From a virus: 64,000 nt of DNA. The translations under genes were made by a program, and so were the position numbers. This document shows, piece by piece, positions 15,992-25,581 of the stretch. The DNA is taken from positions 70,552-134,551 of the IMG/VR virus record IMGVR_UViG_3300045988_148900, one strand, 5' to 3'. The notes under the pieces were generated by a model. That model saw only the letters and a program-made list of their open reading frames with translations, did no database searches and was not told the DNA's origin. The first letter of the stretch is position 1. Every line of letters begins with the position of its first letter.

Positions 15992-17206
15992 CTACTGCTG
16001 CATGAGAACCGACCGAACGCAGTAAACAGCGTCGCCCAAATCTACAACAAGACTACTCGACGAACAGCTGTACTTCGTGTCTGCAGTGCTCTTCGACAGA
16101 ACACCCAACAGAACCGGAATGGAGACAACAATAGCTCCGCCCGAACTCTGACCCAACTTGTATGCAAACGTATACTTCGCGTCCTCGCCATCCTTACGAT
16201 GGGCCGTGACAACAAAGTCATTTGGATTGAAATCTACACGAACCGTGTCCGTAAAGTAATCCAAAGAACCGATAACCGTAAGAAGCTGACGGAAGGCACC
16301 ATCCTCAACAAGAACAGACTGGTCATACAAAAAAGCACTCTTAAAAAGAGGACTCATGAAACGACCAACAGCCTCACCCGACGTGTAAGCAAAACGAAGA
16401 TAATGAGAACCACCGAAATTCATCGACATGTGATCATCCGAAAAACAAGCCGAAGTGTCGCCGTCATTCGTCGCCGCAAGGGTGGACACCACGTCTACTA
16501 AAATGCGTGACAAAATACAGTCGTGGGACCCAAAGAAAGACTTCATGCGACCCAAGATGGACCCGATGTTGATATATGAGTACCCATCACGCGTAATCAG
16601 CTGACGCTCCGACGTACGCTCCGAGTAGGCAAGCAACGACGAAAACGTCAGGAGATTCCGACGAATATGATCCCCGTCCAGCTTATCGGTCATCTGCTCG
16701 TACTGAAAATCATAAACAGACGCGTCGAAAGGCTGAGTCTCAACATAAACCAAGTTGCCCGAAAAATAAGCATACAACCCCGGCTGACCAGAACCAGACG
16801 ACGCATCCTGAGACACCAAGACAAGATGAGCCACAACGTTCCCGAAAAGCTTCTTCAGGTGAACAATAGGAATGGAAAAACCACGAAGAGTCTTGCCAGA
16901 CGAATTCACAAAACGATACACAAGCTGATAAGCCGAATTGTCGTACTTGACATAAACCCAATCCGCCGTAGCGTAAAGGTAAACATTCTTCCCAGACAAC
17001 GACGCAGCGAGCTTCGACAGACAATCCAAAACATGAAGCATCGGCGTAGCCTCAAGCTTCGGAAGCGAAACATAACTCTCGTAAGGAAGACCTGACGTAA
17101 CCTCCGAAATGCCGGAAATCACCTGATCAACACCATCGCCATCCAAACCATCCAAAGGTGACATAGGATCGAAACCCGACGAACTCAAATCCTCAACATT
17201 GCTCAT
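15992..17206 (-). CDS. hypothetical protein, possibly a beta-type sliding clamp
   Basis: About 400 aa; C-terminus (..LLGVLSK....YCVRSVLM) loosely resembles DnaN ends; clamp-loader genes are in the window. Weak. Confidence 0.3.
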   Translation of the reverse strand: MSNVEDLSSSGFDPMSPLDGLDGDGVDQVISGISEVTSGLPYESYVSLPKLEATPMLHVLDCLSKLAASLSGKNVYLYATADWVYVKYDNSAYQLVYRFVNSSGKTLRGFSIPIVHLKKLFGNVVAHLVLVSQDASSGSGQPGLYAYFSGNLVYVETQPFDASVYDFQYEQMTDKLDGDHIRRNLLTFSSLLAYSERTSERQLITRDGYSYINIGSILGRMKSFFGSHDCILSRILVDVVSTLAATNDGDTSACFSDDHMSMNFGGSHYLRFAYTSGEAVGRFMSPLFKSAFLYDQSVLVEDGAFRQLLTVIGSLDYFTDTVRVDFNPNDFVVTAHRKDGEDAKYTFAYKLGQSSGGAIVVSIPVLLGVLSKSTADTKYSCSSSSLVVDLGDAVYCVRSVLMQQ

Positions 17207-17228
17207 ATAAAATAAAAGTTAAAATTAA

Positions 17229-18137
17229 CTACTTGCCCTTCTTCTGAACGGACGCAGCACCAAGAATACCATCACAGTAACTAACAACATCGTCTGGAGC
17301 AACCATACGCAAAGCGTCCATAAAACTCAAGTCCTCACCTCCGCTGCTATTACGAAGCAACTCCAAAAGAGTATCGTAACTCATAATAGACGGATCGGAA
17401 GAGGTAACCGACTCCGTCTTAAAACCCGAAACCGAAAAAATATCCGACGCGGAACGTGCCACAGAGACCTCCAAAAGACTATGCCGTATCGAGTCGTTCT
17501 CTACTTCAACGTAAACAGCCTTCGGAACCCTATCCGACGTGGAAACACGACGGTTCCGAAACAAACTACCCGGACGAACAACAGTGATACGATCATTAAC
17601 AACATAGTCGGCATACTCGACATGATCATGACCAAGTAAGACCAAAGCAGGAGACGAACAACCAACAAGGTCGGAAACCGAAACCGTAAAACGACCATCC
17701 TTCTGCTCCAAGAAACCGTGATAAACCAAAAGCTGAGGCTTATCTCGTGTCTCCAAAGGAAGCTGGCCGCCAACATAGCAGTCCGGATAAGACACAACCG
17801 TGTTATCCATAAAGCCTACAACCCCCGACGCGCCCAGCGTGTACAAGGCACAACGCTTAGCGTTCTCGTCCGCCCTATATAACATATCATGATTACCCCA
17901 CACACATAGGGCGGTATAACGGCACCCGGACAGAACATCCATAACACCATTCACCGCCTCATAAGGAACCGTAGCCTTATCGAATATATCACCACCAAGA
18001 AGAAGTGTAGCATCTAACTCGTTGGCCTTAGCAACACACCACCGAAGCTTCTGCAACACGTCATCCAAAGGATTGCCCGTCCGAACAGCACAAACCGTGT
18101 TAATATGTAAATCCGTGACAAAAAGAAACCTGCTCAT
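17229..18137 (-). CDS. Mre11/SbcD-like metallophosphoesterase nuclease
   Basis: Calcineurin-like motifs VTDLH, GGDIFD, WGNHD, LLGHDH. Confidence 0.7.
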   Translation of the reverse strand: MSRFLFVTDLHINTVCAVRTGNPLDDVLQKLRWCVAKANELDATLLLGGDIFDKATVPYEAVNGVMDVLSGCRYTALCVWGNHDMLYRADENAKRCALYTLGASGVVGFMDNTVVSYPDCYVGGQLPLETRDKPQLLVYHGFLEQKDGRFTVSVSDLVGCSSPALVLLGHDHVEYADYVVNDRITVVRPGSLFRNRRVSTSDRVPKAVYVEVENDSIRHSLLEVSVARSASDIFSVSGFKTESVTSSDPSIMSYDTLLELLRNSSGGEDLSFMDALRMVAPDDVVSYCDGILGAASVQKKGK

Positions 18138-18140
18138 AGG

Positions 18141-18464
18141 CTAAACAAGCGTATCTGCATCAACCCCAAAAATACCAAAAAGGTCTGAAATCTCCCTATA
18201 GGTAATACAAGGACCACTAAAATCCATAGTAGTACTTTCGTCCCGGAAAACACGAACAAAGTTCTCGCCACCCGGAAAGGTGACGACAAACTCAACGCGA
18301 ACCGTCGTAAAGTCAGGAAGACAGTACTCTAAAATGAAGTCCCGACCATCTCTAATCAACTTGAAGTCACACCCATACTCCTCAGACAGAAGACGAACCA
18401 ACAAAAGAGCCCGATCAAAATTAGACCCGCCAATGAAAGAACTCGAAAAACTACCAAAAGTCAT
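18141..18464 (-). CDS. hypothetical protein
   Basis: 107-codon ATG ORF. Confidence 0.5.
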   Translation of the reverse strand: MTFGSFSSSFIGGSNFDRALLLVRLLSEEYGCDFKLIRDGRDFILEYCLPDFTTVRVEFVVTFPGGENFVRVFRDESTTMDFSGPCITYREISDLFGIFGVDADTLV

Positions 18465-18466
18465 AA

Positions 18467-18670
18467 CTAACCCTCCAACTTTGACTCCAACTCAAAATAA
18501 TAACCAAAAGTATGCTCTTCCGGGACCCCAACGGCGGTAGCTAACTCGCATAAGCACCCGTCTAAAGGATCACACACGTCATATAGAGAACAAGACTGAC
18601 CACAAACGAAATCAGGACTATTACGAAGAACATGACGGACGCCGTCAATCTCTACAACTACACGATCCAT
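18467..18670 (-). CDS. hypothetical small protein
   Basis: ATG at 18670 (track uses TTG at 18676). Confidence 0.4.
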   Translation of the reverse strand: MDRVVVEIDGVRHVLRNSPDFVCGQSCSLYDVCDPLDGCLCELATAVGVPEEHTFGYYFELESKLEG

Positions 18671-18730
18671 AAGCAAATACCAATATCTACAACCACGAAC
18701 CTTGTGAACATAAAGAACAAGACCGTAACA

Positions 18731-19453
18731 TCACAACTTAACTACACTACGAACTACACGTATCTCAACATGACACGCGCCGCGCAAGTCAAAACCACGA
18801 GCCTGAAGCTCCTCCAAAAGCTCTCGAGAACTAATCCCAGAAAAAAGAGGATTGACAGCCTCCTTGGACTCCAAAGGAGCCGTACCGTCAACTGAAAGCT
18901 CCGTGGTGACACGCGGGGCCGAAACTGGAGGCAAAGACGAAGAATCAGCCGCAGTCGCCGACAAAGGCTTCAAGTTCTTCGGAATAGACACACCTGAAAC
19001 AGGAACGCCATTCCGGGCAACAACGCGACGAGACGGAACATGTAAAGAAAGACCATCCCGAACTGCCTTATTCCGCAACGCCGCAGCGCGGGACTTATTA
19101 CGAGCCTGCGCGTAAGAAGTACAACACGACTTGCACCAACCCTTATGACCATCCCTATTACGAGGATCTGGCGAAAACTCCGACAGTGGCTTCACTGTCT
19201 GACAACGAGCACAAAGCTTGATATTCTGGGCACGCATATCTGCCCTCGACAACAAACCTAAAGCATCCCCACTCAACGACGAAACCGACGGCGTAGAACG
19301 AGAACCGCACGCCCGACGAGACGACGAACGATTGCAAGCACGCTGGCAATCCTTACACCAGCACTGAAGACCATCCTTATTCTTGCTCGACCGCGAAAAG
19401 CTACTAACAGGCAGAACTCGACCACAATGAGAACACCGCATTACATCACTCAT
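18731..19453 (-). CDS. hypothetical zinc-ribbon repeat protein
   Basis: Two copies of C..C(x13-16)DG...WCK.C pattern; host-type promoter upstream. Confidence 0.5.
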   Translation of the reverse strand: MSDVMRCSHCGRVLPVSSFSRSSKNKDGLQCWCKDCQRACNRSSSRRACGSRSTPSVSSLSGDALGLLSRADMRAQNIKLCARCQTVKPLSEFSPDPRNRDGHKGWCKSCCTSYAQARNKSRAAALRNKAVRDGLSLHVPSRRVVARNGVPVSGVSIPKNLKPLSATAADSSSLPPVSAPRVTTELSVDGTAPLESKEAVNPLFSGISSRELLEELQARGFDLRGACHVEIRVVRSVVKL

Positions 19454-19494
19454 GACAACACTATATTAAAATCATGGAAACAGCTCCACAACGA

Positions 19495-19525
19495 CAAAGA
19501 TAATTAATGTTATTTAATTGTCAAA
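19495..19525 (-). promoter_or_regulatory. Bacteroidota-type promoter TTTG-N19-TATCTTTG
   Basis: Consensus spacing; -7 box 41 nt above ATG 19453. Confidence 0.45.
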
Positions 19526-19542
19526 ATGTAGAGGCCATAAAA

Positions 19543-19767
19543 CTACACAACTTGATCACCCCAGTACCTACTGACGCGACTCAACTTCTTACCGCACCGA
19601 CTACAACACTTGTAGAAAACAGGTACAACACGCTTCTTACAAGGAGAACCACCAAAGGTAGTACTCGTAGACCAATGCGAAGCCCGACAACCACTCGAAC
19701 GACGACGGGTAGTAAACACGTAAGCCACCTTATGACCAAAAAGACAACACCACAACCTTCTAAACAT
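19543..19767 (-). CDS. hypothetical small Cys-rich protein
   Basis: ATG ORF with LFGHK...CSRCG pattern; preferred over the overlapping 19581..19835 frame. Confidence 0.35.
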   Translation of the reverse strand: MFRRLWCCLFGHKVAYVFTTRRRSSGCRASHWSTSTTFGGSPCKKRVVPVFYKCCSRCGKKLSRVSRYWGDQVV

Positions 19768-19779
19768 AACCCATGAAAA

Positions 19780-20169
19780 TCACTCACCCAAAATAGCGTC
19801 CTCAAGAGCTCGAGAAACAACGGGATGAAGAGCAATAGTATCCGAGGACAAATCGCAAACGTAATCCAACAAAGTCTCTGAACTCAAAACAACACGCTCC
19901 CAAGCACCACACATGCGGGAAATCCGTGAACGAACAAAAGCCTCGAAAACAAGACGATTGTCAACATCAGCCTCATCGCAACACTCCTCAGCAGCAAGCA
20001 TGCGCCGAAGACGAAGCAACTCCTGCTTGGCTGGATCGTTGGCATCCCAAGAAACCCACTCATCCGAAAAATCCCAACGAGACGCGTAAAGGGCATCCAG
20101 AACACTAAAGAAACTATAAATACAATCAAAGTCGTCCTTAGACGGACGAGCCAAACTTACTCCTTTCAT
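19780..20169 (-). CDS. hypothetical protein
   Basis: 129-codon ATG ORF. Confidence 0.5.
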   Translation of the reverse strand: MKGVSLARPSKDDFDCIYSFFSVLDALYASRWDFSDEWVSWDANDPAKQELLRLRRMLAAEECCDEADVDNRLVFEAFVRSRISRMCGAWERVVLSSETLLDYVCDLSSDTIALHPVVSRALEDAILGE

Positions 20170-20252
20170 AAAAAAAGATTAAACGTTGGAACATTAACGC
20201 ATAAACATAAAAAAACGACGCCCGAAAAAGACGTCTTGACATACTCCCACGG

Positions 20253-21383
20253 CTAAAGCCGCGGGATTCTTGACTCAGACATGGCCGCCACCGAGGTGGG
20301 CTTACTACCACTAATCAACGCGTCCATGCCCGAACGCCGAATGTTTAACGCTGCGTTGAGATCACGATCATGATGCGTTCCGCACTGCGGACAAAGCCAT
20401 GAACGGTCAACCAACCGAAGCTCTTTATTAACGTACCCGCATCCACTGCACAGCTTGCTACTCGCAAACCACTTATCGACATGCACAACGTTCGTGTTGT
20501 ACTTAGTAGCTACGAACTCCAAGCGCGACACGAATGATGCGTGGCTGAGATCCGAAACCTTACGGCCCCATAAGCGACGCATACCATCAAGGATCAACGT
20601 CTCCAAGCAGATCGTAGAATAACACTGACAAAGATCATGCGCTAAGCGCCACTGATAATCGTCACGATGGTTGCTGATCCCACGATAGAGCCTGCTGAGT
20701 TCAAGACGCCGACGGCGGTGGTTATTTGAGCCTTTGACGGATTGGCTCAACCGCCGATGCGCCTTACGGATATCACGAAGCGTCTGCTTAAAGAATTGAG
20801 GGTTCTCGTAACTGCGCCCGTCGGATAACGTCAAATACGTCTTCAAGCCAAAGTCAATGCCTACAACCGCACCATCATGTGTCGTGTTGCTGGATTCTAC
20901 CTTAGCGTCGGTTACGACGTACAACCAAAAGTCGCCGCACGGAGCACGCTTAACGCGAACCGTCTTTATCGCACCATCAAAATTACGGGATTTATGAAAT
21001 TTATAAGTCTTCTTAAGTCTGTTGATTGTGAAGCAATTGCCGTCTATCTTATACCCATAATGCAGCTTATAGGCAAAGGATTGAAAATCCGCGGCACATC
21101 GGAACTTAGGCGGCCGCTTGGCAAGCTTCTTGAAGAAACGTTGGTACGCAGCAGCAAGTCGCTGCAACACCTCAATGCTATTGTGTGAGTACAATAGATG
21201 CCGCTTGATGCGCTTTGTAAAATGCTTCTGCATGTCAACCGTTGAAACGTACTTGCCATACATACGGTAGTATCTACGTTGAAGCGCAAGTGCGTGGTTC
21301 CATACAAACGCACACTCCCGAAGCATCCGGTCCAACCATACGGTCCGATGTGTCTTGTAGAGTTTGTATTTGTATGTCAACAT
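20253..21383 (-). CDS. tnpB: TnpB (IS605 OrfB-family RNA-guided nuclease)
   Basis: YKYKLY start, GIDFGLK, zinc ribbon CSGCG..CPQCG, HDRDLNAALNI; distinct lineage from the 392-aa copies. Confidence 0.9.
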   Translation of the reverse strand: MLTYKYKLYKTHRTVWLDRMLRECAFVWNHALALQRRYYRMYGKYVSTVDMQKHFTKRIKRHLLYSHNSIEVLQRLAAAYQRFFKKLAKRPPKFRCAADFQSFAYKLHYGYKIDGNCFTINRLKKTYKFHKSRNFDGAIKTVRVKRAPCGDFWLYVVTDAKVESSNTTHDGAVVGIDFGLKTYLTLSDGRSYENPQFFKQTLRDIRKAHRRLSQSVKGSNNHRRRRLELSRLYRGISNHRDDYQWRLAHDLCQCYSTICLETLILDGMRRLWGRKVSDLSHASFVSRLEFVATKYNTNVVHVDKWFASSKLCSGCGYVNKELRLVDRSWLCPQCGTHHDRDLNAALNIRRSGMDALISGSKPTSVAAMSESRIPRL

Positions 21384-21442
21384 TACTGTACTCTTTATGC
21401 CACAAATATAAGAATAAAATACTATCTTTGCAAATAAAAACT

Positions 21443-21841
21443 ATGCGTACACGTTGGCAGACGAATAAAGGCTCCGTCTATAATGTAGCCTATCATATCA
21501 TCTGGTGCCCCAAGTACCGGAGGAAAGTTCTTACAGGAGATATTGCCGAGCGCTTCAAGGCTTTGCTCTATGAACAAGCCGCCAAGTTCGGATGGGTTAT
21601 CGAGTCGCTGGAGGTCATGCCTGATCATGTACATCTATCCATTAAGGCTAATCCTATTGATCCGGTTGCGCGGATTGTGGCACAGCTTAAGGGCTACACG
21701 TCACACATGCTGCGGCTTGAATTTCCGTCGCTTCAGACGCGCATGCCGACCCTCTGGACGCGATCCTATTACGTCGAGACGATAGGACACATTTCAGAGG
21801 ATACGATACGTCGATATATTGAGGATCAGAAGAAAAAGTAG
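21443..21841 (+). CDS. tnpA: IS200-type Y1 (HUH) transposase TnpA
   Basis: 132 aa from ATG 21443: YHIIWCPKYRR, HUH motif DHVHLSI, catalytic Tyr region TRSYYVETIG; only credible plus-strand gene. Confidence 0.9.
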   Translation: MRTRWQTNKGSVYNVAYHIIWCPKYRRKVLTGDIAERFKALLYEQAAKFGWVIESLEVMPDHVHLSIKANPIDPVARIVAQLKGYTSHMLRLEFPSLQTRMPTLWTRSYYVETIGHISEDTIRRYIEDQKKK

Positions 21842-21914
21842 GCTGCATTCATCCCATGCCTAAAGGCATGGGCTTTCTGCAGCTTTAATTCGTAAACTAT
21901 ACAAAACAAAGACG

Positions 21915-22232
21915 CTAACGCTCCGGCGCCCCAAGCTCGCTGAAGCCCCCGAAAGGAATCGAGAAACCACGCTCCAAAGGACCTACAAGAGTGACAACAA
22001 CATCTGTGCCGTCGGGCCGACACTTGCCGTAACAACCACCGAAGATAGGAACGGCACGCTGGCATAAACAAGGAGAATCCCGAAAGACACAAACACTGCA
22101 CCAGCAGTAAGGCAACGCCGTAACCTCCGACGAATCCGTAGGACGCAACAAATATAAATCCGACGCGCGCGTAACCGCATAAATGTTACCGCACAACGCA
22201 AAACGACCTCCGGCTGGAACGAAACCTCTCAT
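21915..22232 (-). CDS. hypothetical small Cys-rich protein
   Basis: ATG at 22232, 7 nt below the promoter word; the track N-terminal extension (PSIIYP) is the word translated. Confidence 0.45.
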   Translation of the reverse strand: MRGFVPAGGRFALCGNIYAVTRASDLYLLRPTDSSEVTALPYCWCSVCVFRDSPCLCQRAVPIFGGCYGKCRPDGTDVVVTLVGPLERGFSIPFGGFSELGAPER

Positions 22233-22239
22233 GGTATCC

Positions 22240-22252
22240 GGATATATAATTG
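22240..22252 (-). promoter_or_regulatory. phage-specific promoter word
   Basis: Exact; 7 nt above ATG 22232. Confidence 0.5.
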
Positions 22253-22271
22253 ACGGCAACTGAAACAGACT

Positions 22272-23003
22272 CTACTCGTCTAAGGGCAAGCAAGACGGCT
22301 CTACTGACAGGGAGGCAACAGGAATACCCGTCAAACGAGCATCGTGGTACCAGCATAAGTCGTAAGACGACGATAAGGACAAAAAGCCCGGCGACGCGGC
22401 ATCTACCACTAACACGGAGGAGTCAAGAGTAATGCAAACCTCCGTAACATCCAAAGAGAGAGCACACGAGGGAACAGCCCAACCATACAACACACTAAAC
22501 TCCTTAAGCAGACACCTGCGGCCCGAAAAAACACGACCCGTAAGAACTCCATTCTCCGAAATCCAAACACTACCTACAGACCACCCAGAACTCTTAACAG
22601 GATGAAGCTCTAAAGACAAGTTACCCAGACGACGAATAAGAGTAAAACGACAAGTAAAAGCGTCAGTAACGTAAGGACGAAAAGAGTAAAAGGACCGATC
22701 CCGGAAACAACTGCTATAGCGTATGTGCTGAAAAACACCCGAGCCGCATTCATTCCACATGGAGTCCTCGAACGTCAAAGGACTAAACGGACAATAAGAA
22801 CGCGCCCGAGACACATAGTCAAGCAAAATACCAACATCGCTATAACTCTCACTAAAGCTATCTACCAAAGACAAAATAGCCAAAGCAGAACTACGCAAAG
22901 CCGCATTAAACGAATCGTTGAAAGCAAGACCGCTAAGGTCGAACTCCTGACGCGCGTAAGACGTAAAACCGCCCGACGAACGTACTACAACATCAGTATC
23001 CAT
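22272..23003 (-). CDS. hypothetical protein
   Basis: 243-codon ATG ORF. Confidence 0.55.
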   Translation of the reverse strand: MDTDVVVRSSGGFTSYARQEFDLSGLAFNDSFNAALRSSALAILSLVDSFSESYSDVGILLDYVSRARSYCPFSPLTFEDSMWNECGSGVFQHIRYSSCFRDRSFYSFRPYVTDAFTCRFTLIRRLGNLSLELHPVKSSGWSVGSVWISENGVLTGRVFSGRRCLLKEFSVLYGWAVPSCALSLDVTEVCITLDSSVLVVDAASPGFLSLSSSYDLCWYHDARLTGIPVASLSVEPSCLPLDE

Positions 23004-23011
23004 ACCAACAA

Positions 23012-23602
23012 CTATTTAACACGATGGGCAACACCGTCACTTATCTCGTAACAACGATCACACATGTCATCCGTCAAACGAGCGTCATGCGAAATCAACA
23101 AAATATCAAAATCAAAATCAGAGCATACCTTACGAACAAAAGACAAAAAACGACCATAATGAGACGCACTGACCTGAGTCCACTGCTCGTCCAAAAACAT
23201 AACACGACGGCTACCAAGCTTCAAGATCAAGTACAACGTGAAAACGAAGCTCACAACCGTAATAACACCACCACTCTGAGCAGTCGTCAAATCGCTAACG
23301 CAACCGTTACCGTAGTCCAGAACGAAGCAACCTCCGTCACTATCATAAACAACCTTAGCATCCAAACCAAAGATGCTCTGAACTCCTACAGTAGCCAAGT
23401 CCTCGCACTGACGCAAACTCGAACACGTAAGCAACTCCTTAGCCTGACGTAAGTAATCCTTGCAACTCTGACATAACGTAAGCTCCGACGATAAAGAAGC
23501 ACGCTGACGCTGGTAGCTATCAAGACGACTCGAACTCGACGACGCTAACTCCCTGCAACGCCGATAAGACGAAAGAAAGGAACTATAACGGGACAAATCC
23601 AT
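23012..23602 (-). CDS. Rad50/SbcC-like ATPase, C-terminal head piece
   Basis: ABC signature-like TTAQSGGV, Walker B RRVMFLDEQW, H-loop LLISHD. Confidence 0.6.
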   Translation of the reverse strand: MDLSRYSSFLSSYRRCRELASSSSSRLDSYQRQRASLSSELTLCQSCKDYLRQAKELLTCSSLRQCEDLATVGVQSIFGLDAKVVYDSDGGCFVLDYGNGCVSDLTTAQSGGVITVVSFVFTLYLILKLGSRRVMFLDEQWTQVSASHYGRFLSFVRKVCSDFDFDILLISHDARLTDDMCDRCYEISDGVAHRVK

Positions 23603-23611
23603 AACCTAACC

Positions 23612-23992
23612 CTAAAAGTCGTCAGAACCAGCAGACGCAAAAGACCCGGAAGCACCCCCAACCCCGCCTGACGGAACGGACGGAGAACCAACCGACGGAA
23701 CACCCACAACAACTGTCTCCGACGCATCTGACGACGACAAAGACGCAAACTCACGCTCCCAAGACTCTATCTCCGATAAACGACTCGACAACTCACCCTC
23801 CAAACGAACACGATCCGAATCCAAACGCGACAACTCACTCTCCAAAGACTCAACACTCGGACAAGAATCAAAACCAAGACTTATACACAACTCCGAAATC
23901 CGACCGTCAAGCTGACTCAAACGACCCTCAGCATCCCGAAGCTTCTGCTCAACAACTGACCGACGACGAGCTATCTCCACTAAATCAACCAT
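23612..23992 (-). CDS. coiled-coil protein (middle piece of split Rad50/SbcC-like system)
   Basis: Heptad-like LRDAEGRLSQLDGRISEL..LSRLDSDRVRLEGELSSRLSEIE; ATG at 23992 (track extension is AT-rich intergenic). Confidence 0.45.
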   Translation of the reverse strand: MVDLVEIARRRSVVEQKLRDAEGRLSQLDGRISELCISLGFDSCPSVESLESELSRLDSDRVRLEGELSSRLSEIESWEREFASLSSSDASETVVVGVPSVGSPSVPSGGVGGASGSFASAGSDDF

Positions 23993-24027
23993 AAAAAAAG
24001 ATATATTAAAAATTAAAAACCAAAACA

Positions 24028-25227
24028 CTATACGTCCGACGAACTGCAACCCAAAGAACCGCCACACAACGGACAAACAGCCGACGACGTCAAGACACGA
24101 AGACCTTCTATATGAGACGAAACGTCACCCCGGGAACGAAGCAAACCAAGAAGATCGGACAAAACACCACGACGTGACGAAATACTAACCATAGAACGAC
24201 AGACAGACGAACAAACACCGTAAGACGAAACACCAACCCCAAGACTCGAAACAACTCCCGACAACGACGAACGACAAGAAACACTGCTCCGCAAAGACAA
24301 CAAAAGGGAAATACGAGCAAGAAGAAGGCCGTAAGAACCGTCAGAACCTAAGTCAAAATAATAGCTCGTATAAGCTGATAAAACACGACGACCGCAAGAA
24401 AGGTAAGACAATAAAAAAACGCGACTCGAAGCAATACCTCGAAAATAAGAAACCCCTACAACGCGACGACAAACGGACGAAAGACTATCAAAACAAGACA
24501 AGCAAGACCTATAACCACAGACAACCCGAAACAACGACGAACGACGACCCAAAAGCAACAACAGCTGATAAACACAAGACCGACGTGACGAAACCGTGCC
24601 CAAAGACGATAACATATCCGATACAACCGAAAACAACGACGACCCAGACGATAAGCAACCACGAAAACCCTCCAAAACAGCACGCTCCGTGTCAACCAAA
24701 CTAGCCAACATACTCAAACCTCCCCGAAGCTCCGACGAACGACGACGAAGACCGTCTACGCACAAACCTAAGTCGTCCAAACCACGACCACTACCCAAGA
24801 ACTCGCGAACCCTACTCTGACTATAACTCAATAACAACGGACTACGAAACTGAGGCCAGAAACTCAACGAAACGATATCGCTACCGCTGCCCAAACTCCC
24901 GAAGCCAAGAAACGACGAAACACAACCCGGAACGTCGCGGCCAGGCTTATCGTAAACAACACCGTCCAACTCGTAACGAGCACCAACCTTATTCCCCTTG
25001 ACAACCCGAAGAACAGGACCAGCAACGCTGAAACGAACGCTAACGATACTACAAGAACAACCCCACCGAACGCAACGACTACTCCACCGATTAGTAAAAG
25101 CACTAACCAAACCCCGGAACATACTACTCTTACCGCTGTAACTCTCACCTCGAACAACCGTAAGACCCCGAACGCCTATACGAACATCGCGGCAAGCCAA
25201 GTAATCCTTAACTATCAGATCAACCAT
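24028..25227 (-). CDS. Rad50/SbcC-like ATPase, N-terminal head, coiled coil and CxxC hook
   Basis: Walker A GESYSGKSS near the N-terminus; long S/R/L/V-rich helical region; CPLCGG (24064-24075) 12 codons before the stop. Confidence 0.55.
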   Translation of the reverse strand: MVDLIVKDYLACRDVRIGVRGLTVVRGESYSGKSSMFRGLVSAFTNRWSSRCVRWGCSCSIVSVRFSVAGPVLRVVKGNKVGARYELDGVVYDKPGRDVPGCVSSFLGFGSLGSGSDIVSLSFWPQFRSPLLLSYSQSRVREFLGSGRGLDDLGLCVDGLRRRSSELRGGLSMLASLVDTERAVLEGFRGCLSSGSSLFSVVSDMLSSLGTVSSRRSCVYQLLLLLGRRSSLFRVVCGYRSCLSCFDSLSSVCRRVVGVSYFRGIASSRVFLLSYLSCGRRVLSAYTSYYFDLGSDGSYGLLLARISLLLSLRSSVSCRSSLSGVVSSLGVGVSSYGVCSSVCRSMVSISSRRGVLSDLLGLLRSRGDVSSHIEGLRVLTSSAVCPLCGGSLGCSSSDV

Positions 25228-25233
25228 AAAACT

Positions 25234-25500
25234 CTACAAATAGAGATACAACCAGGAGAAACGACGACGAAGCCGTAAACTAACACGACGATTAAAAAGC
25301 TCCTCGTGAACTACAAACGACGCGTAATCAGACGAAGCGACATACACGAAGTCAACGGCGCCAACAAGGCGACGATAAACACGCAGGCCAAACAAACGCC
25401 AGTAAACATAATACTTAATATGACCCCTATAAGGAGAAACCGAAGAACCATCGGGCGGACGACAAACAACACTCGCAAAAACAAGATCACTTATTACCAT
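25234..25500 (-). CDS. hypothetical small protein
   Basis: 88 codons from ATG 25500; the upstream part of track ORF 25234..25683 merely translates the 21-bp repeats. Confidence 0.35.
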   Translation of the reverse strand: MVISDLVFASVVCRPPDGSSVSPYRGHIKYYVYWRLFGLRVYRRLVGAVDFVYVASSDYASFVVHEELFNRRVSLRLRRRFSWLYLYL

Positions 25501-25581
25501 AGACGAAAAATTTGTAAACAAATCAACGTAAAACAAAAAATACACCGCAAAGCACGAAGCATGCCTCCTACAAAAAAAAAC

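Larger units (their letters stand above)
20240..21895. mobile_element. IS200/IS605-family element with divergent tnpB and tnpA (boundaries approximate)
   Basis: Similar TAAA-loop hairpins near both ends (cccacggc-taaa-gccgcggg at 20246-20265; cccatgcc-taaa-ggcatggg at 21853-21872); sits in a phage intergenic gap; composition lacks the phage skew. Confidence 0.75.

Noticed and set aside
19581-19835. 84-codon ORF overlapping 19543..19767 and the end of 19780..20169
   Set aside because: It overlaps the stop region of the upstream gene and gives a low-complexity L/V/R translation. The ATG-initiated Cys-motif frame is preferred.
22233-22259. N-terminal extensions of ORFs through the promoter word (also 38953..39039, 57983..58114, 54429..54437)
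   Set aside because: They rely on TTG or GTG starts, translate the conserved regulatory word and terminator hairpins, and an ATG follows at the spacing seen at the other copies.
23993-24027. Another copy of the promoter word (AAAGATATATTAAAAATT)
   Set aside because: It shares only GATATAT with the consensus within an A/T-rich spacer. That is too degenerate to call.
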